Shown here one piece after another: positions 1-11,800 of a stretch of 64,000 bases of DNA. The stretch spans positions 28,336,001-28,400,000 of the forward strand of contig NW_024704743.1 in the NCBI RefSeq assembly GCF_018977255.1. The letters are read 5' to 3'. A program made the translations under genes and the position numbers. Below the pieces are notes generated by a model, which was not told where the DNA came from, did no database searches, and was given only the letters and a program-made list of their open reading frames with translations. Every line of letters begins with the position of its first letter. Position 1 is the first letter of the stretch. Source of the stretch: Callorhinchus milii. Lineage: Eukaryota.

Positions 1-647
1 TTGTCCTTATTATGTATTCTGCTCTTTCAAGATCTGCCTCAAGATCTTCTGCATTGAACGCACCTTTGGTCACCTCCAACCCCTTCCCCCACATACCACC
101 CTTGGTTTCCCCCCATCTTGGGTACCAAGCCGGGACTGGCTCGCACTTTAGGATGTCCTCTTGACCTGAAAGAGGCCATATAAACGTAAATTTGTTGTTG
201 TTGTACCAAATAATAGTAGCAGAAGACATGAGAATCACCTCAAAATGAGAAGATTTTGCTCCTGGCTGAGTTCACTTGCTCCAAATGCAGAAATTGTTAC
301 TGTCTCTCTCTCTCTTACAAAGAGGCAACTGGAGATTCAATTCAGAGTTACGTCCTGAAACATTCAGAGCTGGGAAAACTGACCATTTTACAGAAGAGTT
401 GCCTACAAGCAGAATTGCTGTGCGCAATTAGCTGCCGCGTTTCGTCCACAAAATATAGTCAATTCACTTTACAATATATTCTATGAAGCTCTTTGAGACG
501 TCGAGAAGATGCGATGAAGGGTTATATCAAAAGGATTATTTTTATTATTAATATAATTAGGGCTCCCTGCTAGCGTTCTTTCAGGGGAGATCAAAACATA
601 AGTTAAGTTAGCTAAGGTGTTTCTTTAAATACATCAACAGCCCTTAC

Positions 648-843
648 CGAATGCCAATCTTTTCTATCTTATTCCAGACACATTTTCTGTAGTAAAAAAG
701 CATGTTTTTCATGAACATGGTCTCAGTGATGTAAAAAAAGGACTTGAGCAGATGTACAACGTAAGTGCCCATTAACCAAAGGAGGAACTTGGACAGGATT
801 TCTTCACGTAACCGGTGTTCAGATGGTGAAACGGAGCATTGAC
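648..843 (-). CDS. TERT: TERT coding exon 3 (end of TRBD, telomerase T motif); gene continues beyond window start
   Basis: Translates (G)[64 protein letters not shown](R), matching [19 protein letters not shown]. Acceptor ctccag|GT at 843, donor CG|gtaagg at 648. Length 196 nt, as recalled for human exon 3. Confidence 0.97.
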
Positions 844-880
844 CTGGAGGAGAAAGATTGAGAAAGAGAAAATAATTACA

Positions 881-1060
881 ATAATAATAATCCTTGCATT
901 TGCTATAGTGCTTTTCACATCTTCTAGGCTTCTCAAAGCGCTTCACAGAATATGCTGTAAAGTGAATTGACCGTATATTTGTGGGCGAAACGCTGCAGCC
1001 AATTGCGCACAGCAGTGTCCCACAAACAGTCGTGGATTGAAAATGACCAATTTATTATTT
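881..1060 (-). mobile_element. Deu-type SINE 3' part next to the TERT exon 3 acceptor
   Basis: Shares the core gtcccacaaacag/cagccaattgcgcacagca and the aataataatccttgcattt tail with many copies in the window. Confidence 0.8.
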
Positions 1061-2193
1061 TTTTTATAAAAGATAATCAGGCTCATATCCACCACAGGCA
1101 CACAAGGCAGTTCATCAGACACCAGCTAATCTGTCCTAAGGTGCACATATTTAAGGTGAGCATCTTCTTCATCAAGCAGGAGGGGGAAGATAAACATAAA
1201 TAAGTGCTATGTCGTCAACAGCAGCTAACTACAGAGCAGCCCAAATAGATGCTGCATGTATTCTCTGCATAGGATTGCAATTATCTTAAAATAAACCCTT
1301 TTTCATTTATTAAGAAGAAATAATTTTAATATGGCACAATTCTAAGCCTAAATAAAAATACCAGCTCCTTTGAAATAACATTAATAACAATTGCCTAAAA
1401 AATATACAGCCACCCAACAGTATATCCAGTCAAGTGTTTTGAGACGTCCACCCAATATGAAAGACGCCATACCAAATGCAAGGATTATTATAACATTTCT
1501 CAATTATTAGATTAAGTCTTTTAAATGGGATAATGTGTTATAGTACTAACCTCTGAGTGGGGGGGCGGGGAGGGTGAAGAGGGAAAGAGGTAACTGCGGT
1601 CTTTTGCAGACTTAGTTGACTCTAAGGTGGAACTCCTAGCAACAGAATAATGGAATCCTAAATCTACCAAGATTAGGTAAACAGGGTGTATCCCTTCAGG
1701 GAAGAAGGAGAGGTACTTCATACCAGACAGATACGTTCATTCATGTGTGGAACTCTCAGGCTGATTTGAATACTCGAAGGAAGTGTGCTGATGGGTTTCT
1801 AGCACATGTCAGCCACCAGATTGACCAAATAACAGATGAATAAATAACAGCATTAAACACTCCAGTTTGTATAAAAGCAATATATGGAGGAAGTTAGTGA
1901 GGATGAGGCTAGTCACTTGGAATTCTGTGCACTTTGGGCTTGAGACAATATGCCAACACATTATGCCACACTTAATTCACCAAGCTCACAATGCTGACTG
2001 CAATATACAAGAACTATAAGTCAAGTGCTTTGCAATATAGAGGGAGCTAACTTAGAGATTTTTTTTTAACATAACAGCATTTGCAAGGCTCCATAGGGTG
2101 AGCTTCATACAGTATCTATTTGCTTAATAATATTGGCACAGTTAATGCAGCCAATCTCTTCAGAGGGAAGATTGTGTCTGTATTTCTAGCTCA

Positions 2194-2510
2194 ACCCACA
2201 ACAACAACAACAAAATTACATTTATAGCGTGTCTTTCACGTCGGGAGGACGTCCCAAAGCGCTGAACAGTCAGCTGTCGGGACCCGAGCATGGGGGAGGG
2301 GTGGTGTAGGGGTGAGGGAAGGCAGAGAGGTGGGAGGGAGACCAAAGGGACGGTCGAAGAGAAGGGTCTTGAGACCGCCCTTGAAGGAGGTAAGGGAGGA
2401 AGCGAGGCGAAGGGAGTCTGGTGCGTGAGAGTACACGAGCTGCAGAGTTTTGGATGATCTGCAGCTTGTGAAGGGAAGAGTTCGGAAGGCCGATGAGGAG
2501 GGAGTTCCCG
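2194..2510 (-). mobile_element. L2 LINE 3' fragment in TERT intron 2
   Basis: Encodes [20 protein letters not shown] (L2 ORF2 C-terminus); (TTG)n tail and gggacgtcctcc 3' motif. Confidence 0.85.
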
Positions 2511-2722
2511 TAAACCCTCCTCCGGTTTGAATGCAATGTGAAAAATAAAACCTCCAGCCACGGTTAATGATGACCACTGCAACTTTAAGTGTCGTGAAAA
2601 AAACAAACAGACTGTCCCTCAGAGAAACCCCATTTCTACTTCAAAAACAGCATTTCTTTTTCCAAAGAAACATCGTAAGTTATTATTTTTTATATACATT
2701 ATAAAAATGATTTACAGATTAC

Positions 2723-5111
2723 CGTTGTTGAGCTGAAGCCAAGTGCAGTCGTTCACTCTCATTTTCCACATCAGTTCACTGAGAGAGAACCGGTCATATT
2801 TCCCCAGGGAAATTAATTTCTTCACATTCTTTAGGAATCTGTATTTATTGTGGTTGGAGCCCCATAGCTCATCTGATATCACTCTGAGCAGACACTCCCT
2901 GACAAATCTGTATACCTGAAGCGGGCTACTGTACTGTTTGAGCAACTGTAGCAAGTCACCATCCGAACCAGATGCCATCCCTGTCTGATCGAAATCTGCA
3001 AATACTTTGAGCTCTTTATTTACTTTCTGCTTTCCTGCTGGGATTCCGGTTGGGCGTTTGTGTTGGCAGCGTAAATTAGGGATTTCTGAAGGTTGCAAAG
3101 AGCCCGTCTCTGCTTCCAAATGCAAGTCATTTGGACAACTGAGACCAGGGACACTCTTATTTACTGAGGTATGATCCTCCAAGTTTTTCCTCCTTAACAC
3201 GGGGCCCTGTGTTGCAATAAGGTTTGTTGCTCCGCCAGTAACTCGATTCACTTCAAGGTGGTCACTGTCAGGCTTGCAAGGCATCTTCACAGTAGAAAAT
3301 GAATTTGACTCATTTACTGAAGGGGTAGGATTTCCCTCAGAACATGAAACACTGTTGTCCTTCCGAATGATAACCGCACAATTTCTATTCAATAGCAGCC
3401 GATAAGGACATCTTTTATAATTTCGCAGCAACCTAAAGAACACGTTCTTCATCTTCCAGTAGCGCTTTGGGAGCCTCCTCTTTCTCCAGTAGTTGTTAGG
3501 CTGTTTTTTTCCATTGTTCCCAAATGCATCGCTGCTCAAGAAGATCGCTTCTACAAGTCGTTGACCCCCTGAACTACATCCCTGCAAGCAATTTAGTAGA
3601 AAACTTTTTGGCAAACATTCCCTGTTGTCGTTACAATAAATGATGTGCCCTCTTTCAACATAGACTGACCCCCATGTTCTCACGTTCTTCACTGTTGCAG
3701 CATCTGATGCATCTGCAGGAATTGGTGATGGCTTGGCTTGTCCTGACACACCAACTGCTGCACGACACTGTCCATCTGGGTTTAGGCCGTCCCAGCTATA
3801 GTCATTTTTGGCTATGCACTTTGTGCTCTGCCCGTGCTTTGCACTCCGACCAGGATTGAAGTGGTCATTGTCATCACCCTCGTTACTCGCTGCCCTTTTC
3901 GTTCCCCTCTTGTCTTTCCCCGCAGCAAATTTAGCGCATCTCTTACCAGATTCATCTTTTCTCTTTGCAACTTTGGCCTGCTTGCCTTTGGATTCTGAAC
4001 CTCTTCCTTCCAATAACACCTTTTCTTCATTACTTTCAGAATTAACACTTTTACCAAAAGAAACAGCCTCTTGGACACCCATGAAATGCCAACTCCTTTT
4101 GACTTCGACTCCACCTGCTCCAGTTGGGTGAGTTGCTTTGGCATCGGTCCCTGGAGCCTGTCTTTTGTAACCTGCGATGGTACCTTCTTGCCATGTTCTC
4201 TTTCTCTCTCGGGTGCTTCCCTGCGGGTATTTTCGTTGACAGCCAACACCAGTTTTAGCGTCTATGACTTTCTGTTCTACAAGTCCTCCTCTGGTGGAAT
4301 GAATGCTTGTGCTGTCAGATACCTCCACTTTCTCAGGAGACTCGTTCATTTTATTTCCTGCAGACAATATCTCGGGTGGGGTGGAATGAGGGATCGCACC
4401 CTCTGGCGATCTGTCTCGTTTTACCTTTTTTGCTGGAGATTCTGCTTTGTCCTCATCATGGAGAAGTCTTTTTAGCGGCCTTACTTCAGTAACCTTTGTT
4501 CCCGTGCTGGATACATCCCGTGGTGTGTCTTTGGCAATATCCGTGTCAAGTTTAGCTCTCTTTGCAGGTTTGCGAGTGTGTACACTTACTATTTGTGTCC
4601 ATTTTTGTTTGTTGCATTCAGTGGTTCCTCTTGCATCCAGGCAGCTATCCCTATCCACCAAAGTTCTTCTCTTTCTCTTTAGCAGGAACCCCTTGTGAAA
4701 TCGGATTCTCTTCTGAACAATCTTCAGCAAAATATTGAACCGAGCTCGGATTGGTCTCCTTCTGAGCCACAAAGCAGGCAGCCTGGTGCCAGCGGTGATG
4801 AGGCTGTAGATGGGAACGCCACACAGCTGATAGCAACAGCTTGGTTTTACCAGCATAAAGAGAGAGCAATGTTCTAACAGGTACATCATTACATCGTCAC
4901 CGATTCTGCTCAGCAACGTTTTCCACAATATACTGTTCTTGATTGTAACTGTAGTAGGATTTGGTTGGTAACTACATAGGTTGGGAGCAAACCTGACGGA
5001 CATGGAGCTGGTTTCCGTTACGTTGGCGTAACCAAAGGCTAGAACATTTTTTTTGCCTTTCTCACAAATCCTCTGAATTACTCGCAGAACCACATCACTC
5101 TGAGCTGAGAG
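2723..5111 (-). CDS. TERT: TERT coding exon 2 (TEN/GQ motif, long linker, CP and QFP motifs)
   Basis: Part of ORF 2712..5186: KNVLAFGY, LLSRIGDDVMMYLL..CYQLCGVPIY (GQ), RRLPKRYWKMK..CPY (CP), QYSSPLQVYRFVRECL..LWGSNHNKYRFLKNVKK (QFP). Acceptor tttttcag|CTC at 5111 (phase 0), donor AACG|gtaatc at 2723 (phase 1, matches exon 3). Confidence 0.97.
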
Positions 5112-5494
5112 CTGAAAAAAAATTGCAAAAACCAAGGATTGGTAAGCCAGGATTGTTAACTGCTTTGGGAAATCCTCCCACTGCAAAAAGCGCTATATAA
5201 ATTTGTACTGTACTGTAGTACCCAAGGCCCAAAATTGTTCATGGTTTTAGCTTTAAAATTTAAGGTTCAGCAGAATTTTAAAATACTCTTAAATTCTATC
5301 TTGAATTTGGAAGCTGTTTTTCAAAATCAAATTGAAACAGAATTTAAGTTGTTTTTTTAAAAAAAATTGATACTAGAACTGCATCAAAACTCTTCGGGAC
5401 AGTGCCTCTTGAGCAGTGGCCCTACGTGCAAACACACGTTTTGGTAAGAAACCAAAGATAATTGTGAAATTAATAGTTTACTATACAATAATAA

Positions 5495-5890
5495 GGATAA
5501 TAATAATAATCACTGCATTTGATACAGCACCATATCACATCAATAAATCTGAAAGTGCTTCTCAGGATATACTGTGAAGTGCATTCTGTGGAAAGTAGAA
5601 AACCAGCAGCCAATATGCACACGGCAATGTCCCACAAACAGCCATGGAGTGAGTGACCAATTTTTATTTGGGAGCTTGTTCGCCAGGACACCAGGAGAAG
5701 CTCCCTTCTCTTCTCGAATAGTGCCACAGGCTCTTTAACGTCCACCTGAACAGGCAGACAGGACCTCGGTTCAACATCTCATCCGAAGAACAGCCATCTC
5801 CGACAACGCGACGCACCCCCATCACTGCACTGGCGTGTCAGATTACAGACTATGTGATTCCAAGTCCTAACGGGGGGCCTCGAGCCCAAA
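5495..5890 (-). mobile_element. Deu-domain SINE in TERT intron 1
   Basis: Contains gtcccacaaacagcc and tttaacgtccacctga..cagacag..cctcggtt, typical of Deu-SINE bodies; similar copies at about 13290-13600 and 18280-18580. Confidence 0.7.
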
Positions 5891-5908
5891 ACTTTCGGAC
5901 TCCGAGGA

Positions 5909-5912
<4 letters not shown>

Positions 5913-5945
<33 letters not shown>
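5913..5945. repeat. (GA)n microsatellite
   Basis: Uninterrupted gagaga run. Confidence 0.9.
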
Positions 5946-5947
<2 letters not shown>

Positions 5948-6266
5948 CAACGAACCGAACCGAGTTTGGGCACCCAAAATATAGCTTGAATAAGGGAAGT
6001 AGGACTTGGGGAGAAAAAACAGCTGACTGGGGGTGTGGGGAGAAAGAGAGCGAGAGGGGGGCTGGAAGTGAGTGGGGTGAATGGGGGGGGTGGGGGCTGG
6101 TTTGCAGCAGTAAGAGTGAAGTGAGAGCAATCCCTGTTAAAACACTGGGTGTAAGAGTCTGGCAACGCAGGTCTTGTGTGTCCAGTCTGTCTGCTAAGGT
6201 TCACTGCCAAAGTAATAAACCCTGATCTCCACCTCTAGGAGGCGCCACAAGCATAGATTTTGGAAG

Positions 6267-6450
6267 CACACACATGCACACACCCACACACGTGTGCAAA
6301 CTCTCACATATATATGCACAGACACACACGTGTGCGCACACACACGCGCACATATACATAAGCACACACACACATGCACACACACATGCACACATATATA
6401 TATATATATGTGCATATGCATACATAAGGCACCCACATACACAACACAAA
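6267..6450. repeat. Compound (CA)n/(TA)n microsatellite
   Basis: Degenerate cacaca/tatata/catg runs. Confidence 0.85.
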
Positions 6451-6452
6451 CT

Positions 6453-7608
6453 GCACTGGGGTGGGGGGGGGTGCTGGGCTGCGGTGGGGGGTGCAGTGGG
6501 GGTGCAGGTGCTGGGGTGCAGTGGGGTGGGTGCAGTGGGGGGGGTGTGGGTGCTGGGGTGCAGTGGGGGGGGTGCAGTGCTGGGGTGCAGTGGGGGGGGG
6601 TGCAGTGGGGGGGGGTGCAGTGGGGGGAGTTCTGGGGTGCAGTGGGGGGGTGCAGTGGGGGGGTGCAGTGGGGGGGGGGGTGCAGTGCTGGGGTGCAGTG
6701 GGGGGGTGGGTGCTGGGGTGCAGTGGGGGTGTGCAGTGGGGGGGTGCAGTGGGGGGGGTGGGTGCTGGGGTGCAGTGGGGGGTGTGCAGTGGGGGGGGTG
6801 GGTGCTGGGGTGCAGTGGGGGGTGTGCAGTGGGGGGGGTGCAGTGGGTGGGTGCTGGGGTGCAGTGGGTGGGTGCTGGGGTGCAGTGCTGGGGTGCAGTG
6901 GGGGGGGTGCAGTGGGGGGGGTGCAGTGGGGGGGTGCAGTGGGTGCAGTGCTGGGGTGCAGTGGGGGGGTGCAGTGGGTGCAGTGCTGGGGTGCAGTGGG
7001 GGGGTGCAGTGGGTGCAGTGCTGGGGTGCAGTGGGGGGGTGCAGTGGGGGTGCAGGTGCTGGGGTGCAGTGGGGTGGGTGCTGGGGTGCAGTGGGGGGGG
7101 TGCAGTGCTGGGGTGCAGTGGGGGGGTGCAGTGCTGGGGTGCAGTGGGGGGGGTGCAGTGCTGGGGTGCAGTGGGGGGGGGAGTGCTGGGGTGCAGTGCT
7201 GGGGTGCAGTGGGGGGGTGCAGTGGGTGCAGTGCTGGGGTGCAGTGGGGGGGGGTGCAGTGCTGGGGTGCAGTGGGGGGGGGAGTGCTGGGGTGCAGTGG
7301 TGCAGTGGGGGGGGGTGCTGGGGTGCAGTGGGGGGGTGCAGTGGGGGGGGGTGCAGTGGGGGGGGTGCAGTGCTGGGGTGCAGTGGGGGGGGCAGTGCTG
7401 GGTGCAGTGGGGGGGGTGCAGTGGGGGGTGCAGGTGCTGGGGTGCAGTGGGGTGGGTGCTGGGGTGCAGTGGGGGGTGTGCAGTGGGTGCAGTGGGGGGG
7501 GGGTGCAGTGGGGGTGCAGTGCTGGGGTGCAGTGGGGGGGGGGGCAGTGCTGGGGTGCAGTGGGGGGGGGGCAGTGCTGGGGTGCAGTGCTGGGGTGCAG
7601 TGGGGGGG
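6453..7608 (+). repeat. G-rich minisatellite (GGGGTGCAGT[G/GCT] units) in TERT intron 1
   Basis: About 1.15 kb of variant GGGG(n)TGCAGT units read directly; G-runs of 4-11. Confidence 0.95.
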
Positions 7609-7612
7609 TTAC

Positions 7613-7875
7613 CTGCTGGTAGCTGGCGGCGGGGCTCAGGGGTTTGGTGTCCGGAGGGACACACACGAGGAGCAGCGACAGGAAGCGGCTGTAGCTCTCG
7701 GTGTCCGAGGCTCTCGACACAGCGGGAGCCCCCGCGCCCCCCGCAGCCCCCGCGCCCCCCGCAGCCCCGCAGCCCCCGCGCCCCCCGCCCCGAGCGCCGC
7801 CACGAACTGCTGCACCGTCTGCACCGCGGGGTACACCGAGCGGAGCAGCGGCAGCGGCCCCCGCGGCTCACACAT
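7613..7875 (-). CDS. TERT: TERT coding exon 1 (apparent 1-nt frameshift near 7765)
   Basis: ATG at 7875 gives MCEPRGPLPLLRSVYPAVQTVQQFVAALG (cf. human [20 protein letters not shown]). The 3' part, in another frame, reads SRASDTESYSRFLSLLLVCVPPDTKPLSPAASYQQ (cf. LVCVPWDARPPPAAPSFRQ). Donor CAG|gtaacc at 7613. Length 263 nt is one short of a codon multiple. Confidence 0.9.
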
Positions 7876-7930
7876 CCTCTCTCACTCACTCACTCACTCT
7901 CACTCTCACACTCACCGCAGCGCCCTCTAC
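7620..7930. promoter_or_regulatory. CpG island over TERT exon 1 and start site
   Basis: Very high GC and dense CpG in an otherwise CpG-poor background; (CTCA)n tract at about 7878-7915 just upstream of the ATG. Confidence 0.7.
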
Positions 7931-7949
7931 CGTCACTCACTGCACCTTT

Positions 7950-8545
7950 ACTCTCAACTCCCTCCTCCCTCTCCCCCCTCCTCACTCCCCCCTCCATCCC
8001 TCTCCTCACTCCCCCCCACTCCCCACTCCACCCCCTCCCCACTCCCCCTCCACCCCCTCCCCCACTCCCCACTCCACCCCCTCCCCCCCCCTCCACCCCC
8101 TCCCCACTCCTCCCCACTCCCCCACTCCCCCCATTCCTCACCCACTCCACCCCTCCCCCTCCTCACTCCACCCCCTCCTCACTCCTCCCTCCCACTCCCC
8201 CCTCCACCCTCCCACCCCATTCCCCCACCCACTTCACTCCTTCCCCACTCCCCCTCCCCTCACTCCCCACTCCTCCTCTCCACCCTCACTCCCCCTCCCC
8301 ACTCCCCCATCCCCCACTCCCATTCCCCTCCACCCTCACTCCCCCTCCCCACTCCCCCTCCTCCACCCCCACTCCCCTCCCCCACCCCCCCTCTCCACCC
8401 CCACTCCCCCATTCCCCCTCCATTCCCCACCCCACTCACCTCACTCCCCCTTACCCACTCCACCGTGCCCCCCACCACCTCACTCACCCACCCACCACCT
8501 CACTTCCCCCCCCCCCTCCACTCCCCACCACCTCACTCCCCCACC
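7950..8545. repeat. C-rich low-complexity minisatellite (CACTCCCC/CTCCACCC) directly upstream of TERT
   Basis: About 600 bp with almost no G on the + strand, so G-rich (GGGGAGTG) on the TERT sense strand. Confidence 0.9.
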
Positions 8546-8879
8546 GCGTTTCACCCACAAGATGTCCATCCAGTCAATACACTTTGCAGCCTACTCTGTG
8601 AAGCGCTTCGAGACGTCTCGAAGATGTGAAAAGCGCTATCTCAAAAGCAACGATTGTTATTATATTATTATTATTATTATAGTGGTGCAGAGAGTGGGGA
8701 ATGTGAATTAGCTAAGCTGAGGGCCAAGCAGAGGAGTGGGGTAGCAAGAGGTCAGAGAGATTAATGTCAGATGTGAATCCACTGTGGATTTTGTATGCGA
8801 GTGAGGGCGTTGAAATTAATCCTCTGGGAGAAAGGAAGCCAGTGGACTTAACGGTCGAACATAACGGTCCATCGGCAGA

Positions 8880-11800
8880 TCTGGCTGGACCTTATCAAAT
8901 CCTATTGCCCCGCTCCCGCCTCCGCTAAATCATTCATTCTACTCTAAGACAATCTTGGAAGCCACGGACAACCCCAGGCTCCTCTTCTCCATCACCAACC
9001 GGCTCCTCCGCCCACCCTCTAATGCCTCGTCCGTCTTCACCTCTAATGCAAACTGCGAGGCAATGCTGGACTTCCTCCAATCCAACGTTGAGGGGATCCG
9101 CTCAGCTGCCCCTGCCCTTCCATCTGCCACATGCTCCCCAGCCCCCCTCATCCCTCCCTCCACACTTCAAACCTGTCTCCCACTCCTCTCACCACCACTA
9201 TTACCGGCATGAAACCGACCACCTGCTCCCTCGACCCCATCCCTACCCCTCCTTACCTCCCAGCTCCACTTCCTTGTCCATCTACTCACAGACATCATAA
9301 ACCTCTCCCTGTCCAATGGACTGTTCCCACCCCAATAAAAACGGCCATCATCACTACTATCCTTAAAAAAAAATCCTCACTGTTCCCATCTCTGCTCTCA
9401 AACTACCGCCCCATCTCCAACTTCCCTTTCCATTCCAAGGTCTTGGAACGAGTTGTTCTTCTACTCCAGGATAATCCTGGAGGCGAAGAACAACCCCAGG
9501 CTACTGTTTTCCACCACAACCCGACTCCTCCGTCCCCCCCGCCACCCCGCGCAGGTCATCTCCTCCAACCTTCACTGCGAGGAGATGCTGGATTTCCTTG
9601 AATCCAAGATCAAGGGAATTCGCTCCGCGGTCACTTCCCCTCCAACATCCACCAACCCCCCACCCCTCACTCCCACACTCCGACTGCTACCCATCCTCCC
9701 CTACTCACTTTTGTACCCGTTTCCCCACCCTCTGTCACCAAACTCATCCTATCCCTAAAACCAACCACCTGCTCCCTTGACCCCATCCCCACTCCACTCC
9801 TTATCTCCCAGCTCCACTTTCTTGCCCCACATATCACCGACATCATCAACCTGTCCCTCTCCTCTGGCTCTGTCCCCATTCCCTTAAAAACTGCCACCAT
9901 CACGCCCACCCTGAAAAAACCCTCCCTTGATGCGTCGCAGCTATCAAGCTACCGGCCCATCTCCAACCTCCCCTTTCTCTCCAAGGTCCTGGAAAGAGTT
10001 GTCGCCTCCCAACTGCGCTCTTTCCTTTCCACCCATTCACTTTTTGAACCCCTTCAGTCAGGTTTCCGTGCTGCCCATAGCACAGAAACTGCCCTGGTCA
10101 AGGTCACCAATGATATCCTGACCATCTGTGACCAGGGCTCCCTCTGCCTCCTCGTCCTCCTCGACCTATCGGCAGCATTCGATACGGTCGACCACGCTAT
10201 CCTACTCCACCGCTTGTCCTCCCACCTCAACCTTCAAGGCACTGTCCTTGAGTGGTTTAGGTCGTACCTTTCTCACCGTCTTCACTTTGTCTCGACGAAT
10301 GGCTTCTCCTCCACCCCCCGTACTGTCTCATGTGGTGTCCCTCAGGGCTCTGTCCTCGGTCCCCTCCTCTTCACCCTCTATATGCTCCCCCTTGGTGACA
10401 TCATCCGCAGACATGGAGTTAACTTCCACATGTATGCGGATGACACCCAACTCTACCTTTCCTCCTCTACTCTCAACTCCACGACCACCGATGTCCTGAC
10501 AGCCTGTCCGACATCGAGTCCTGGACGAGAGACAACTTTCTTCAGCTCAACGTGCGAAAAACCGAGGCCCTCCTGATTGGCTCACGTCAGCGCCTCCGCA
10601 CCTCAGGCGCTGACACCATCAGCATCCAAGGCTGCACTCTCCACCTCTCAAAGCCAGTCAGGAACCTCGGCGTTTTGTTCGACCCTGAGCTGTCCTTTCT
10701 CCCTCACATCCGCACCACAACTGGCACCGCCTTCCATCACCTCCGGAACATCGCCAGACTACGGCATTACCTCACCCCTCACGCTGCTGAAACCCTGGTC
10801 CACGCCTTTGTCACCTCAAGGCTGGACTATGGGAACTCTCTCCTCGCCGGCCTTCCCGCCACCTCCCTCCACAAGCTGCAGGTCATTCAGAACTCTGCAG
10901 CTCGTGTACTGTCCCGCACCAGGCTTCGGGACCACATCACTCCCACCCTCGCTCGCCTCCACTGGCTCCCCATCCCCCAGAGGATTGATTTCAAGATCCT
11001 CATCCTCACCTACAAGGCCATTCACGGCCTTGCTCCCTCCTACCTCTCCAACCTACTATCCCCCTACCTACCTGCCCGTACCCTCCGTTCCTCTGGCTCC
11101 GGTCTGCTCCACGTCCCCCGCCCCAACCGCCCTACCATCGGTGGTCGGGCCTTCAGCCTCTCAGCCCCCAGGCTCTGGAACTCTATCCCCCAGTGCCTTC
11201 GCCGCCGCCTCCCTTTCCTCCTTCAAGGCCGGTCTCAAAACCTTTCTCTTTGACCGAGCCTTCAGCTCCCCTCTCGACTCTCTTCCCCCTCCTCGCTCCC
11301 TCCCTTCCCTCCCCTCACCCTGACCATTTCCCCCCTCCTCGCTCCCTTCCTTCCCTCCCCTCACCCTGACCATTTCCCCCCTGCTCGGGTCCTGACCCAA
11401 CTGTGCAGCGCCTTGGGACGTCCTCCTGACATGAAAGGCGCTTTATAAATGGAATCTTGTTGTTGTTATTGTTGCTTCCCAGCTTCGCTCGTTTCTCTCC
11501 CTCCACTCCCTTCATGAACCCCTCCAATTGGGCTTCCATGCTGCCCACAGCACAAAAACCACCCTGGTCAAAGTGATAAATGACATTCTGTCCATCTGCA
11601 ACCAGGGCTCCCTCTATCTCCTCGACCTCCTTGACCCCATCCCGACCCGTTGACTACTCTATCCCCATCCACAGCCTCTCCTCTCACCTCAATCTTCACA
11701 GCTCTGTCCTCGACTGGTTCACACCACCTCCACTTTATCTCCACAAACTGATTCTCTTCTAGCCTCCTCACCATCATGTGCAGCGTTCCTCAGGGCTCCG

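Noticed and set aside
6194..8711. Long ORFs of 336-775 aa on both strands
   Set aside because: Stop-free translations of the minisatellites; only the TERT exon 1 parts are protein-like.
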